64,000 nucleotides of DNA from Candidatus Pacearchaeota archaeon. Lineage in GTDB: Archaea > Nanobdellota > Nanobdellia > Pacearchaeales > GW2011-AR1. The notes beneath the pieces are model-generated. The model made no database searches, had not been told where the DNA came from, and saw only the letters and a program-made list of their open reading frames with translations. The stretch covers positions 105,181-169,180 of the forward strand of contig JAGVXI010000006.1 in NCBI GenBank assembly GCA_018303855.1, written 5' to 3'. The stretch's first letter is position 1; each line of letters starts with the position of its first letter. Of the stretch, positions 1-9,276 are shown piece after piece. The position numbers and the translations under genes were made by a program.

Positions 1-183
1 AACCAAGATTTAATGATTATTGAGTATTTCTACAATTAATTTCATGGTCTTTTATTAGCTTTAATATTTTAGCTAATTAAACAACTAGTTAGTAAGCCCA
101 AAAGAGGCTTTGTAGCTAACTTAAAAACAAACAACCAGAAATCCACAATAAACTAATCTAGAATAACCTTATTAAGAAATCAA

Positions 184-642
184 TTAAAAATAAGCAACAA
201 TTTTCATAACCAAAAGAAAAGCGTCTGCTAAAACAAAAAATACAAAAACACTAACTTCAACAATACCACCAACCCTGATTTTACCAGCAATTTTTTTCTT
301 TACAGGGAAAAACGGCTGTATCCCATCAATTGTAAAACTATCTGCAAATAGGTGCAGGCTATAACCTACAAAAAATCCAAATGCCAAAAAGGGGATAAAC
401 AAAGTAAATAAGATCGTTATTAAAATAAGGAAAGTAAAGCTGTGGATTAAACCCCTATGCTTAACAAACCACTGCAAGGATCTAAAGATTCTTTTTTTAC
501 CGAGACTGGAAAACTCAGTATCAATATCAGGAATCAGGGTGGCTATGAGAGCGATAGTTACAAAAACCAGCTTATTTTCAACATACCCAATTAAAACCAA
601 AATTGCAAATGCAACAATTGCAAGATGTGTTCTGGTCATCAT
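184..642 (-). CDS. Membrane-bound metal-dependent hydrolase, DUF457/YdjM-like
   Basis: 152-aa multi-TM ORF. Motifs LIPDIDT, KHRGLIHSF and HLFADSFT..GI.PFFP match the DUF457 membrane hydrolase pattern (PDID ... HRG.tHS ... H..aD). Confidence 0.6.
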   Translation of the reverse strand: MMTRTHLAIVAFAILVLIGYVENKLVFVTIALIATLIPDIDTEFSSLGKKRIFRSLQWFVKHRGLIHSFTFLILITILFTLFIPFLAFGFFVGYSLHLFADSFTIDGIQPFFPVKKKIAGKIRVGGIVEVSVFVFFVLADAFLLVMKIVAYF

Positions 643-645
643 TTT

Positions 646-1191
646 CTAAGGCTTATTTGTCAAGAAATACCCCAGGATATATTTGCTCTTCCACTCTTCT
701 GTTTCACAACTCTGCTCATTTTGATCTATATTAGGATCTGCTGAAGGCATATAACTCCCTGTTTTAGCACTAACACATTGCCATACTGCATGTGTATTTT
801 CTTGTTCAAAAGGATAAGCATAACCTAAAATAGCTTTTTTATCATAATTCTCGCAATCTCTAAATATATCAGTTTTATATTTTTTATCAAGAGAACCATA
901 ACACTCATAAATTCCCCTTGTCCCTCTCCTATATCCTATAAGCAGATAACCAATAGTTGTTTCTTTAAAATACCCGTTTCCTCCGGCTTCAATTTTTCCA
1001 GTGCAGTCTTTGCCTGGATCTGCAGTTGCTAATCTAAGCCCTGTTCCGGGATCATAGCATCTGTAAATAAGCCTTATATCATTCTCAGTTATTACTGCCT
1101 GCCCTGTAAGTGAAAAAGAAAGAAAAAATGTCAGGCTAATTGCAATAACCACTGCAAAAAACAAATCTTGTTTCTCCGCCTCTTTTGCCAT
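646..1191 (-). CDS. Secreted or anchored protein with three Cys-bracketed internal repeats, function unknown
   Basis: N-terminal hydrophobic signal/anchor (FFAVVIAISLTFFLSFSL). Three repeats of about 45 aa: IYRCYDPGTG..ADPGKDC..IGYLL, IYECYGS..FRDC..ILGYAY, VWQCVSAKTG..ADPN..C..ILGYFL. Confidence 0.55.
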   Translation of the reverse strand: MAKEAEKQDLFFAVVIAISLTFFLSFSLTGQAVITENDIRLIYRCYDPGTGLRLATADPGKDCTGKIEAGGNGYFKETTIGYLLIGYRRGTRGIYECYGSLDKKYKTDIFRDCENYDKKAILGYAYPFEQENTHAVWQCVSAKTGSYMPSADPNIDQNEQSCETEEWKSKYILGYFLTNKP

Positions 1192-1376
1192 TAAAAATAT
1201 AAGAAAGAGGAGTATAAAAACTTCACGTTTTTATATTGGGCTAATTTTAATAAAAAAACAAGATCTAGATTAGAGCCAGATTAGTTTAGGATATAACATG
1301 GATAAATTACTAAAAATAGATACCTATTGCATACTACACCTTACCGAATTAACTAAAGTTCCCTTAAAAACATGCC

Positions 1377-2327
1377 TTAAATCTTCTCTAAACTTTCAAT
1401 CAATTCGACCAAATTAATTTCTTCTGCACTATCTATTACAAACTCTAAATTATTAAACAGCTTGTTTGTCCTGGCATTTCCTGAAAATAATAATTCTTTG
1501 CCAATTAGATCAATTTTCTGCTGGATAAAACTATCTGTGCTTTCCATGTCAGCAGTGTTCAGTCCCAAGGATTTAAATGCCCTCTCAAACAAAACTGCTC
1601 TTATGTTCTCTGTCCCATCATCTAAAACAATGTTCATCAAAGCTTTTTTTTCAGGAATAATTTTGCCATGAACCCCGCAAACAAAATTCTCTCCTTCTGA
1701 AACAGCTTTTTTACTGCACTCAGGGCAAACATAAAAAAATCTGGGCTCAAAAACCTGAACAATAAAGGCTCTTATTTTTACCTGATCCATTGGCTTCAAA
1801 TCATTCAAATTCTTTTCTCTAAGCATAATCACTTCCTGAACATTTTCTAAGTTCTCGCTGCTTAATTTAAATTCTGAAAAACTGCTAAGATGCAGTTCAT
1901 TATCCCTCATTGAAGCATTGGCAATTTCAACAACATCTCCCTGCTTAATCTTGCTTTTTTCAATTAATTCAATATGGTTAGTATCCCATAAAACAATTTT
2001 TATATTAGATGTGTCATCTGCAATAATTAGATTAACAACTTTATTTTTCTTTTCGTTTCTTTCAAACTCCCTCACAGGAAATATACCAATTATTTTGCCA
2101 AGAGTATTAACTTTTTTCATGCCAGACAGCAGCTCATTGATTTTTAATTTTTCATTATCAAAGTTTATTCCGAGCTCAGACGCTGTAACTTGCGCAGCTC
2201 CTTCCTTACTAATTAAACCAGAAAGCTTTGCTCTTTTGGCTTCTACTCTTCTGTCAATTTCCTCTTTATCCAAACCAGAAGCTTTAGATATTTTTTCTAA
2301 AATCCTTTCATAATTTCCGTGAATCAT
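1377..2327 (-). CDS. Replication protein A-like ssDNA-binding protein (OB folds plus zinc ribbon)
   Basis: 316 aa. N-terminal helical domain (ILEKISKASGLDKEEIDRRVEAKRAKLSGLISKEGAA) typical of archaeal RPA/RFA. OB-fold-like segments. CPECSKK...CGVHG zinc ribbon. Confidence 0.7.
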   Translation of the reverse strand: MIHGNYERILEKISKASGLDKEEIDRRVEAKRAKLSGLISKEGAAQVTASELGINFDNEKLKINELLSGMKKVNTLGKIIGIFPVREFERNEKKNKVVNLIIADDTSNIKIVLWDTNHIELIEKSKIKQGDVVEIANASMRDNELHLSSFSEFKLSSENLENVQEVIMLREKNLNDLKPMDQVKIRAFIVQVFEPRFFYVCPECSKKAVSEGENFVCGVHGKIIPEKKALMNIVLDDGTENIRAVLFERAFKSLGLNTADMESTDSFIQQKIDLIGKELLFSGNARTNKLFNNLEFVIDSAEEINLVELIESLEKI

Positions 2328-2402
2328 AAACCAAAAAACAAAGAGTTGTTTTTAAGCATTATTATACAGAAACCTTATAAACCTCTTAAAATAAAATTAA
2401 GC

Positions 2403-2675
2403 ATGGGAAACACAATCGTAAAGATAAAACTTATGCCCACCTCTACTGAAGTAGATTTAAAAAAAATAAAATTAAAAGCAGAAACTATAATCAAAAAAAG
2501 CCATGGCACTCTTGGTGAAACAAAACAAGAGCCAATTGCTTTTGGATTAATAGCTCTTATTTTAACATTTTTAATTCCAGAGAGCCAAGAACTTGACCCA
2601 ATTGAGAAAGCCCTTAGCGCCATAAAAGATGTCAGTTCTGCACAAATTATTGACATGAGAAGGGAATTTGGTTAG
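2403..2675 (+). CDS. ef1b: Translation elongation factor aEF-1 beta
   Basis: The internal ATG at 2403 gives a 90-aa protein, MGNTIVKIKLMPTSTEVDLKKIK...EPIAFGLIAL...DMRREFG, colinear with archaeal aEF-1beta. The upstream 28 codons of the track ORF look non-coding. Confidence 0.85.
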   Translation: MGNTIVKIKLMPTSTEVDLKKIKLKAETIIKKSHGTLGETKQEPIAFGLIALILTFLIPESQELDPIEKALSAIKDVSSAQIIDMRREFG

Positions 2676-2713
2676 ATATAAAAACATAAATTAAATTTAA
2701 AACTATCCATAAT

Positions 2714-3394
2714 ATGATAACAGGGGAACAAGCTGAAGAAATAAAAAAACAAATTATTTCTCAAATGGAAAATTTTCCTTCGCTCCAGAAAGAACAAGCC
2801 ATTCAGCAAATAAATGCAATGAATAATGAACAGCTTGAGCAGTTTTTAATCCAGAATAAATTGATTAAATCTACAGGGGATAATGAAGAGGATGAAAATT
2901 CTGCTAACAATACTACTGATAATAAAACTGGTGAGCATCCCCTTCAATGCATATTTTGCTCAATTATTAACAACCAAACTCCTTCTTGCAAAATAGATGA
3001 AAATAAAGAGGCAATAGCAGTACTGGAAATAAACCCCGTATCAGAAGCACATGTGCTAATAATCCCAAAAACCCATATTTCTGATATAGAAAAACTACCC
3101 CATTCAGCTTTTTTCCTTGCAAAAAAAATTGTGAAAAAGATCAAAACAAAGTTTAAGCCAAAAGATGTTTCAATAATCTCCTCAAATGCTTTTGAGCATG
3201 CAATACTGAATATCTTGCCTGTTTATGAATCTGAAAATTTAAACTCAGCACGAAAAAAAGCCAGTGAAGAAGAACTTGCAAAAATCCAAAAAAAACTTGC
3301 AAAAACCCCAGCAGGATTAAAAACAACAAGAAAACCGAAAATTAGAAAAATAAGAGAGGGGGAAAAAATAATATTGCCAAGAAGGATTCCGTGA
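2714..3394 (+). CDS. HIT-like domain protein with N-terminal Gln/Glu-rich extension and basic C-terminal tail
   Basis: CIFCSII...AIAVLEINPVSEAHVLIIPKTH is the HIT fold N-terminal signature. The histidine-triad position reads FEHAILNILP, so only one His is retained. Confidence 0.55.
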   Translation: MITGEQAEEIKKQIISQMENFPSLQKEQAIQQINAMNNEQLEQFLIQNKLIKSTGDNEEDENSANNTTDNKTGEHPLQCIFCSIINNQTPSCKIDENKEAIAVLEINPVSEAHVLIIPKTHISDIEKLPHSAFFLAKKIVKKIKTKFKPKDVSIISSNAFEHAILNILPVYESENLNSARKKASEEELAKIQKKLAKTPAGLKTTRKPKIRKIREGEKIILPRRIP

Positions 3395-3585
3395 TTTTGA
3401 TTTGAAATTAATAAGTTAAAATAAGGTATAAAGTAGTGTTAAATGTCAAATATCTGCATTAGGTAATTAAAAGTAGCAGTAGCTTATATATTACAATTAA
3501 TAATCTCAAAAATTTAATTAATTGCCTAAACTAACTAACGCCCTATTAATAATTTTGTAAATTAACCACTCCCTAACTAGGCTAA

Positions 3586-4428
3586 TCAAATTAAAATTAA
3601 CCTGTAAATAAAATATAGATATATCAAAACCAAAAAACTAATTAAAAAAACAGGAACAAATGGAATCCCCTGCTTTATTAAGACGCTTTTTTTATGCTTC
3701 TTAATCAACTTAATCTCTTTATCACTTAACCCTTCCCAATTTGCTTTAATAGTTCTTTTTCCAATTCTTACATCTTGATAAAGCCAGTCTCCAACTGTCA
3801 AATTTTTAGCTGCAACTTTTTTAATCATACAAGCTTCTTCAACAGATTTTGCATAAATATAAAGATAAGGCATTATCAGCACTAGAACACCTAAAGCAAA
3901 AATGAGAATATTAAGCATAATAAACCCACTCCCTATGATTATAACTGCAACTGCTGTAATAACATTCATCATTATGATACTTTGCTTAATCCTCTTGTTA
4001 AATTCTTTTTTAAAACCGCGTAAATTTCTCAAAGCCAAAAAACCGCTAAAAATAAAGCCATAAATCGCGCCTGTAATTAAAAAAACTACGAGAAATAAAA
4101 CAAACACATTCATATTAAACCAAAAACTCTCAGAAAAAGGCAGAACAGTTCCCAAAGCAATCATTAATTTTCCGTCGCCACCTGCAAACACTCTTCCATA
4201 ATAAAGCAGGTTTCCTATAATAAAAAATATTGCTAAACCAATTAAACCCTGATAAAAAAAAGCCGAGCTTCCTACATTAAATACACTATAAAAAAACCTA
4301 AATCCCAAAGCAAATGCAATTAAGCTAAAGCTTAGCCAATTTGCAACCTCTCTTTGCTTTAAATCCTGGACACTTGCAGCAATAATCCAGATTATTGCCA
4401 ACACCAGCAAGAATATCACCTCATACAT
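3586..4428 (-). CDS. A24-family prepilin/preflagellin peptidase (PibD/FlaK-like)
   Basis: Polytopic membrane protein with the two catalytic Asp contexts SVQDLKQREV and FAGGDGKLMIALG. It lies at the distal end of the pilin gene cluster. Confidence 0.8.
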   Translation of the reverse strand: MYEVIFLLVLAIIWIIAASVQDLKQREVANWLSFSLIAFALGFRFFYSVFNVGSSAFFYQGLIGLAIFFIIGNLLYYGRVFAGGDGKLMIALGTVLPFSESFWFNMNVFVLFLVVFLITGAIYGFIFSGFLALRNLRGFKKEFNKRIKQSIIMMNVITAVAVIIIGSGFIMLNILIFALGVLVLIMPYLYIYAKSVEEACMIKKVAAKNLTVGDWLYQDVRIGKRTIKANWEGLSDKEIKLIKKHKKSVLIKQGIPFVPVFLISFLVLIYLYFIYRLILI

Positions 4429-4565
4429 GTTTTAATATAGCAAGCATCGTTTAAAAAATGTTTTATGAAAAATTGCCGAGATATAAATGATAATTAGAAC
4501 ATATTGCTAATGATTAAGAGCTCCTTGGCATATAAGTTAAGTTCATTAGTCAAATTTACTAAAAA

Positions 4566-4706
4566 TCACACTCCTCCGCTAATTTGAACAGAGCACTTTC
4601 TGCATAAATGAATTTCTTTTGGATTTCCATCTTCGTCTTGTGAAAATGAAACAGCTCCAAAATCTTCGATTTCATCTCCGCAAATATTACATATTTTTTT
4701 GCTCAT
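4566..4706 (-). CDS. Small zinc-ribbon protein (46 aa), not in ORF track
   Basis: My translation of the minus strand: MSKKICNICGDEIEDFGAVSFSQDEDGNPKEIHLCRKCSVQISGGV. Two CxxC pairs. The ATG overlaps the stop of the upstream mini-ORF (ATGA). Confidence 0.4.
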   Translation of the reverse strand: MSKKICNICGDEIEDFGAVSFSQDEDGNPKEIHLCRKCSVQISGGV

Positions 4707-4840
4707 TTTTTATTCTCTGTCTTATTTCTCTCAGAATCAATTCTAATCCTTCTACGCCCTCCAACTTTATAAGGATATCGCTTTTTATCCTTATATTTGT
4801 CTTTGAGCTTATTTCTTTTTTGGGAAAATGCATATTCCAT
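4703..4840 (-). CDS. Small highly basic protein (45 aa), not in ORF track
   Basis: My translation of the minus strand: MEYAFSQKRNKLKDKYKDKKRYPYKVGGRRRIRIDSERNKTENKK. The stop overlaps the start of the zinc-ribbon ORF. Confidence 0.3.
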   Translation of the reverse strand: MEYAFSQKRNKLKDKYKDKKRYPYKVGGRRRIRIDSERNKTENKK

Positions 4841-4921
4841 TTTTTATCCTTATTATCTCCATTTTTGCACCAAATTGCATTTATTTTATTTTTTGAATTA
4901 TCGCAGAATTAATTTAGGGGT

Positions 4922-5377
4922 TTATTTATTAGGAAATGTAGCTATGGATGTAACATCGTAAATTTCAGTTCCATCTGTAATTTTGCATTTATCAACTTCT
5001 CCTTCTTTGGAAAGCACACCGGCTTTTTCATTTACCATAATTTCCTCACAAGGTTTTTTGCAATTCAAAGCAGGGCAACTGGTAACACTATATTCATTAA
5101 AATCATCAACAGCTGAAAATACTGCGCAAGTTGTTTTAAACTCCTTTTTCTCAGCATCTTTTAGCGTTCTTACTTTTGTACAAAAATCATAAGTAGCATC
5201 AGTAGAGCATGCAAGAGCGCATCCCTTAACAACACTGTCAACATTGTCTCTTGAAAGCCATGGAGTTAATTTATCCCACCCAATAAAAAATCCTAAAGCA
5301 AGAACAACCAGCACTATTACCCCAAGTACAATAAGAATTATTGTTGCTGTGCTTAGCTCCTGCCCTCTTTTTTGCAT
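4922..5377 (-). CDS. Type IV pilin-like protein (class III signal peptide), Cys-rich globular domain
   Basis: N-terminus MQKRGQ|ELSTATIILIVLGVIVLVVLALGF, that is basic-Gly followed by about 20 hydrophobic residues. The C-terminal domain has 7 Cys. Confidence 0.65.
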   Translation of the reverse strand: MQKRGQELSTATIILIVLGVIVLVVLALGFFIGWDKLTPWLSRDNVDSVVKGCALACSTDATYDFCTKVRTLKDAEKKEFKTTCAVFSAVDDFNEYSVTSCPALNCKKPCEEIMVNEKAGVLSKEGEVDKCKITDGTEIYDVTSIATFPNK

Positions 5378-5552
5378 ATTTAACCAAAGTAAAACTTGTT
5401 TAAAAATGTTTTGTTAGTGTTAGTAGTGAATTGGTGATAAAGCATAGTTAATAACCAAACATAAACCTGTCAACATTAATAATTTAAATCAAAATTCAAA
5501 CATAATTATGCAAATTAAAATTAAGTTATGAAAATTTTCTTACAAACACTAG

Positions 5553-5924
5553 TCACTTTTGGGGTTTTAATTCTAAAAAATGCTTAATATAAACAACCGG
5601 CTCTTCTCTTTTTTGCAACCACAAAAACCCATGCCTGTCTGTTTTCATGATTGATTTTTCAAAGATTATCTTATCTTCTCGTGAATCAGCAGCAATACTT
5701 AAATCCGCAAAATTCTTAATGGTAACAAGAGAAAACTCCATTTCTTTATTATAAAAATTAAATTTCTCTATGTCTACATTTAAACTTTCCATCAAGTTAA
5801 TTCCTGGAAAATTATTTTTTTTAACAGCAGAAACATAAAGAAAACTAAACAAAGCCATAAGGCAAATTGCAAAAACCCCAATTACCAAAATTGTGACTGG
5901 TATGTCTGCTTTTTTATTTTTCAT
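5553..5924 (-). CDS. Small N-terminally anchored protein of the pilus cluster (minor pilin-like)
   Basis: MKNKKADIPVTILVIGVFAICLMALFSFLY N-terminal helix. The start overlaps the upstream gene by 11 nt. Confidence 0.5.
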   Translation of the reverse strand: MKNKKADIPVTILVIGVFAICLMALFSFLYVSAVKKNNFPGINLMESLNVDIEKFNFYNKEMEFSLVTIKNFADLSIAADSREDKIIFEKSIMKTDRHGFLWLQKREEPVVYIKHFLELKPQK

Positions 5925-6486
5925 TTTTCAACCTCTCTGTATATAATAAAAGGCACATATTAAGTGATTTATCATTATCTATTTTATATGAAAAAATTGT
6001 TCTTTTATTTGCAGCATAACCAAAGCATTTTTCGCTGAAATAAGATGTATCTGGCGCATAACCAGTATCTATCACGCCTCTTTTTGAGCTATAAAAAATC
6101 TTTAACCAAAAATTTGGATTTAAGTCCAATGTTCCATGATAATCATAAATGTTATCAAATATTTTGTAAGCTATTAGCCCTGTTTTTTCATTTAAGTTAT
6201 CCCCTTTTTGCAGATAGCTGAATACAGTTTGCTCATCACTTGCATGAGTTAAAAAATAAGCACTAACAGATTTTACAGCCAATAGTTCAGTTGTCTTTGC
6301 ATCTTTTACTTTTGGCAAAACATCTGAATCTAGATTCTTTTTTGCAAGAATCGATGTGGCATAAATAGAAATAGCCAAAACAATAACAATAATCAAGGTT
6401 GCAACTACCCAAGTCATTGTTTCCCCAACTTCCCCATGCTTTCTGCTATTATTTAGCATTTTTTTCTGTTTTTCTAACACTGGCAA
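5914..6486 (-). CDS. N-terminally anchored protein of the pilus cluster (pilin-like)
   Basis: RKHGEVGETMTWVVATLIIVIVLAISIYA resembles a class III signal. Overlaps both neighbours. The start may be the internal Met at 6459. Confidence 0.5.
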   Translation of the reverse strand: MPVLEKQKKMLNNSRKHGEVGETMTWVVATLIIVIVLAISIYATSILAKKNLDSDVLPKVKDAKTTELLAVKSVSAYFLTHASDEQTVFSYLQKGDNLNEKTGLIAYKIFDNIYDYHGTLDLNPNFWLKIFYSSKRGVIDTGYAPDTSYFSEKCFGYAANKRTIFSYKIDNDKSLNMCLLLYTERLKNEK

Positions 6487-6967
6487 AAATCGTAATCATA
6501 ATTTTTTTATTATCCTGGCTAAGAGCATAAAACTTCTCTTGAATACAAATTGCCTGTCTTTTATACTCAACATCATCAGAAAAACAACTTGAAACAAAAT
6601 TTGCATTTCCGACTTCTATCACTTCGTGAAATATATTTTCAGGATTATCTAATTTATCAAAAGAAATATTGACATAATACTGTCCTTCACGAATCTTAAA
6701 AACTTCCTCTACATCAAAATCTAGATTGCATTTTTCTAAAAAATTACCAGAATTTATTTCACCAACATTATCAAGCACTCTTCCGCCTTGCGCAAAACAG
6801 GTTGCAATTTTATCAATAAGTATGCTTACTTCCATTTCCCTCACATCACTTGGATGCCCATAAAAAAGGTACACCATTACAAAAATTCCTGCCGCCACTA
6901 ATGCAAGAATTGCAAACCAATAAACTGACAAAATCATATCAGTGCCCTTTTTATTCTTCATTTTCAA
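6449..6967 (-). CDS. Pilin-like protein (class III signal peptide)
   Basis: MKMKNKKG|TDMILSVYWFAILALVAAGIFVMVYLF. The start overlaps the end of the upstream gene. Confidence 0.55.
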   Translation of the reverse strand: MKMKNKKGTDMILSVYWFAILALVAAGIFVMVYLFYGHPSDVREMEVSILIDKIATCFAQGGRVLDNVGEINSGNFLEKCNLDFDVEEVFKIREGQYYVNISFDKLDNPENIFHEVIEVGNANFVSSCFSDDVEYKRQAICIQEKFYALSQDNKKIMITIFASVRKTEKNAK

Positions 6968-7409
6968 CCTCGTTTAAATTTTCGGGCAGGAATTCTTGTT
7001 TAGGATTTACAATAATAAAATGCAGATTTTTAATTGAATCATCATAGATATTGCCAGGGAATTCTGAAACATCCACATCATTAAAAAAAGAATATTCATA
7101 ACCGCCTTTTTCACTTAATTTCACTTTCACTATATTGCCATAAATGTTAACTACATCTGCTCTATTAACTTTATTCTTATCAGCCAACTCAAAACCCTCT
7201 TGCATATTTATTTGAATTTCTGTTCCAGCAGGAGCAGAATTAATCAGCAAAGCAATTTGTTTTGCATAGCTTTGTTCAAGTAAAATAGCCCCACTACCTT
7301 GTTTAAACAAAAACAGCATTAATATTATTAAAAAAGCCAGATTCAAAACAATAAAAATAATATTTTCAGCTAAAAAAGTGCCTCTTTTTCTTTTAACCAT
7401 AAATAACAC
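6951..7409 (-). CDS. Pilin-like protein (class III signal peptide)
   Basis: VKRKRG|TFLAENIIFIVLNLAFLIILMLFLF. Confidence 0.6.
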   Translation of the reverse strand: MLFMVKRKRGTFLAENIIFIVLNLAFLIILMLFLFKQGSGAILLEQSYAKQIALLINSAPAGTEIQINMQEGFELADKNKVNRADVVNIYGNIVKVKLSEKGGYEYSFFNDVDVSEFPGNIYDDSIKNLHFIIVNPKQEFLPENLNEVENEE

Positions 7410-7590
7410 AATAAATAAATATTAATAAAACTTCTGTTATGAGGTTCTGTAAAATCTATTGATAATAGCTTATAATTATCACTAATAAATCTATTATTAG
7501 TAGCCCACTAATTTTTAGGGATAAAAACAACAAACCCTTAGATAAATTAGCAAGATTAGATTATATTCCTATCTTTTTGAATTAACAACG

Positions 7591-8511
7591 CTAAGAATAA
7601 GTTAAAATCTCACCGCATTTTAATCCCTTAAATTCTTCTGAATTAATTTCAATTATAGAGGGAGACATAAAACCGTTTCCAGATTCTCCTTCAACTGCCA
7701 TAGCAATAACCTTTTGGTAATTATATGAAACAGAACCAACAAAAATCGCAACAGTTAACCCTCCTAAACCAACAACTGCATAAACAGGTGCTCCAAATAT
7801 GCCTGCAATAATAGTTGCCAAACCCCCGCCATAGGTAACCCAATAATTCCTAGTGGGAACAATACCCATCATTATATAATGCTGTTTATTCAAATCCAAG
7901 CTACCAAAAGCAGATTTTTCTTGAGTTAACCTCTCCCTTAAGCTCTTTATGTCATTAGAACCAAAAAAATATTCTAAATAGGTAACACCTTCTTTTGGCC
8001 CATTATTTGGTAGATAAGAATCATAAAGAGCATCTTCATCTAATTTTCCAGATTCGAGCTCTGGAATTTCTTCCTGCAAACTATCATCAAAATAAACTTG
8101 TGAACAGATAGAACATTTTAAATCAGTAAACGTTTCTTTGTTAACATAATTAACTTTTCCCTCGCCAAACATCCACCAGCAATTTGCCATTTCATTTGCC
8201 AGAGCATTATAAACTCCATTAACATCCCTAACCTCATAAACTTCTGGTTTATTTAATTCCTCACAACTTCCATCTGCAGTAATACAAACATATTTTGTAT
8301 AACATTTTAAAGAAGTTTCTGTAAAACCAGCAATATTACTTCCCTTTTTAAAAACAGAATCCCTGCACACATCAGCATCTGTTTCTTTTCCCAAGTTCAA
8401 TTTCCATAGCAAAATCAGAATAACTGCAAAACTTACAATTAGAATTATTATAGTTACCAATTGAGTTGTTGTTAGTTCACCTTTTTTATTCATTTTGTTC
8501 TTTTCACTCAT
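7591..8511 (-). CDS. Large pilin-like protein with class III signal, Cys-rich domain and C-terminal Gly-rich TM segments
   Basis: MSEKNKMNKKG|ELTTTQLVTIIILIVSFAVILILLW. I placed the start at 8511, just after the stop of the 34-aa micro-ORF. The track ORF extends to 8529. The C-terminus WVTYGGGLATIIAGIFGAPVYAVVGLGGLTVAIFVG is hydrophobic. Confidence 0.6.
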   Translation of the reverse strand: MSEKNKMNKKGELTTTQLVTIIILIVSFAVILILLWKLNLGKETDADVCRDSVFKKGSNIAGFTETSLKCYTKYVCITADGSCEELNKPEVYEVRDVNGVYNALANEMANCWWMFGEGKVNYVNKETFTDLKCSICSQVYFDDSLQEEIPELESGKLDEDALYDSYLPNNGPKEGVTYLEYFFGSNDIKSLRERLTQEKSAFGSLDLNKQHYIMMGIVPTRNYWVTYGGGLATIIAGIFGAPVYAVVGLGGLTVAIFVGSVSYNYQKVIAMAVEGESGNGFMSPSIIEINSEEFKGLKCGEILTYS

Positions 8512-8512
8512 C

Positions 8513-8617
8513 CTACCCAAAAACTCCAATCCTTTTTAGCATAAAATATAATCCAGCTAAAGCTATCACAAAAAATGCAACCAGTATTATATACTTTATT
8601 AATTCTTCAAATTCCAT
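8513..8617 (-). CDS. 34-aa single-TM micro-protein, not in ORF track
   Basis: My translation: MEFEELIKYIILVAFFVIALAGLYFMLKRIGVFG. It fits exactly between the 8618 stop and the 8511 start. Confidence 0.3.
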   Translation of the reverse strand: MEFEELIKYIILVAFFVIALAGLYFMLKRIGVFG

Positions 8618-9115
8618 TTAAATTTTAGCTATGCTAATTTTTTCACCCTGCTCTTTTTTAATTAAAATATTAGTCAAACCATCCTCAGGATAGTTTATTT
8701 TAATCTCCTGGTACTCTCCTTTAAAATTACCAATCAAACAAATTCCTTCTTCACAATACCCTAATTGTCTGTCAAAAACATCAACAACATTATCGCAAAT
8801 GCATAAACAAGTTTGTCCTGCACATGAATTTGGTTTTTTCTCTTTGCCAAAAAAAGTAAATAAGTACCATCCTGCAGGATTTTTCACTTCATATTGCTTT
8901 GAACCCCCTATTTCACCAGCCACAACCTCTCCTGTAAAAATACTAATGCTTTCTACAGAACCAAGCAAGGTTTGTTTTGCCTGCTCTCTTTTTTCAGCAT
9001 TAACTTTGCTGAAATATAAAGCACTTAAAAAATAAACCAAGAATACAATGCAAATAACTGCAATTATAATTTTAAGAACAGTTTCTCCAAGTAAAAAACC
9101 TTTTTTGTTATTCAT
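8618..9115 (-). CDS. Pilin-like protein (class III signal peptide), Cys-containing domain
   Basis: MNNKKG|FLLGETVLKIIIAVICIVFLVYFL. Confidence 0.65.
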   Translation of the reverse strand: MNNKKGFLLGETVLKIIIAVICIVFLVYFLSALYFSKVNAEKREQAKQTLLGSVESISIFTGEVVAGEIGGSKQYEVKNPAGWYLFTFFGKEKKPNSCAGQTCLCICDNVVDVFDRQLGYCEEGICLIGNFKGEYQEIKINYPEDGLTNILIKKEQGEKISIAKI

Positions 9116-9276
9116 TTTGTTAGACTCAAGATTAATTCTGCTTTGCCTCCTGGAATAATATTCTGGAAAAAATCAATTACATAATTTTTAAAAAATAAGA
9201 AAAGCCCGATAACAACAACAGCTACAACAAGCACCCCAATAGTAATTTTAATCAACTGCTCAATTGTTAGCTCCAT
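9112..9276 (-). CDS. 54-aa single-TM micro-protein, not in ORF track
   Basis: My translation: MELTIEQLIKITIGVLVVAVVVIGLFLFFKNYVIDFFQNIIPGGKAELILSLTK. The stop overlaps the downstream ATG (ATGA). Confidence 0.35.
   Translation of the reverse strand: MELTIEQLIKITIGVLVVAVVVIGLFLFFKNYVIDFFQNIIPGGKAELILSLTK

Noticed and set aside
1462-2656. Plus- and minus-strand shadow ORFs (1462..1671, 1918..2313, 2375..2656)
   Set aside because: They lie antisense to the RPA-like and aEF-1beta genes and have hydrophobic low-complexity translations with no motifs.
4619-4912. 97-aa plus-strand ORF from the track
   Set aside because: Low-complexity Phe/Leu/Ile/Ser-rich translation, typical of antisense reading in A/T-rich DNA. 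The minus strand carries two better, translationally coupled small ORFs.
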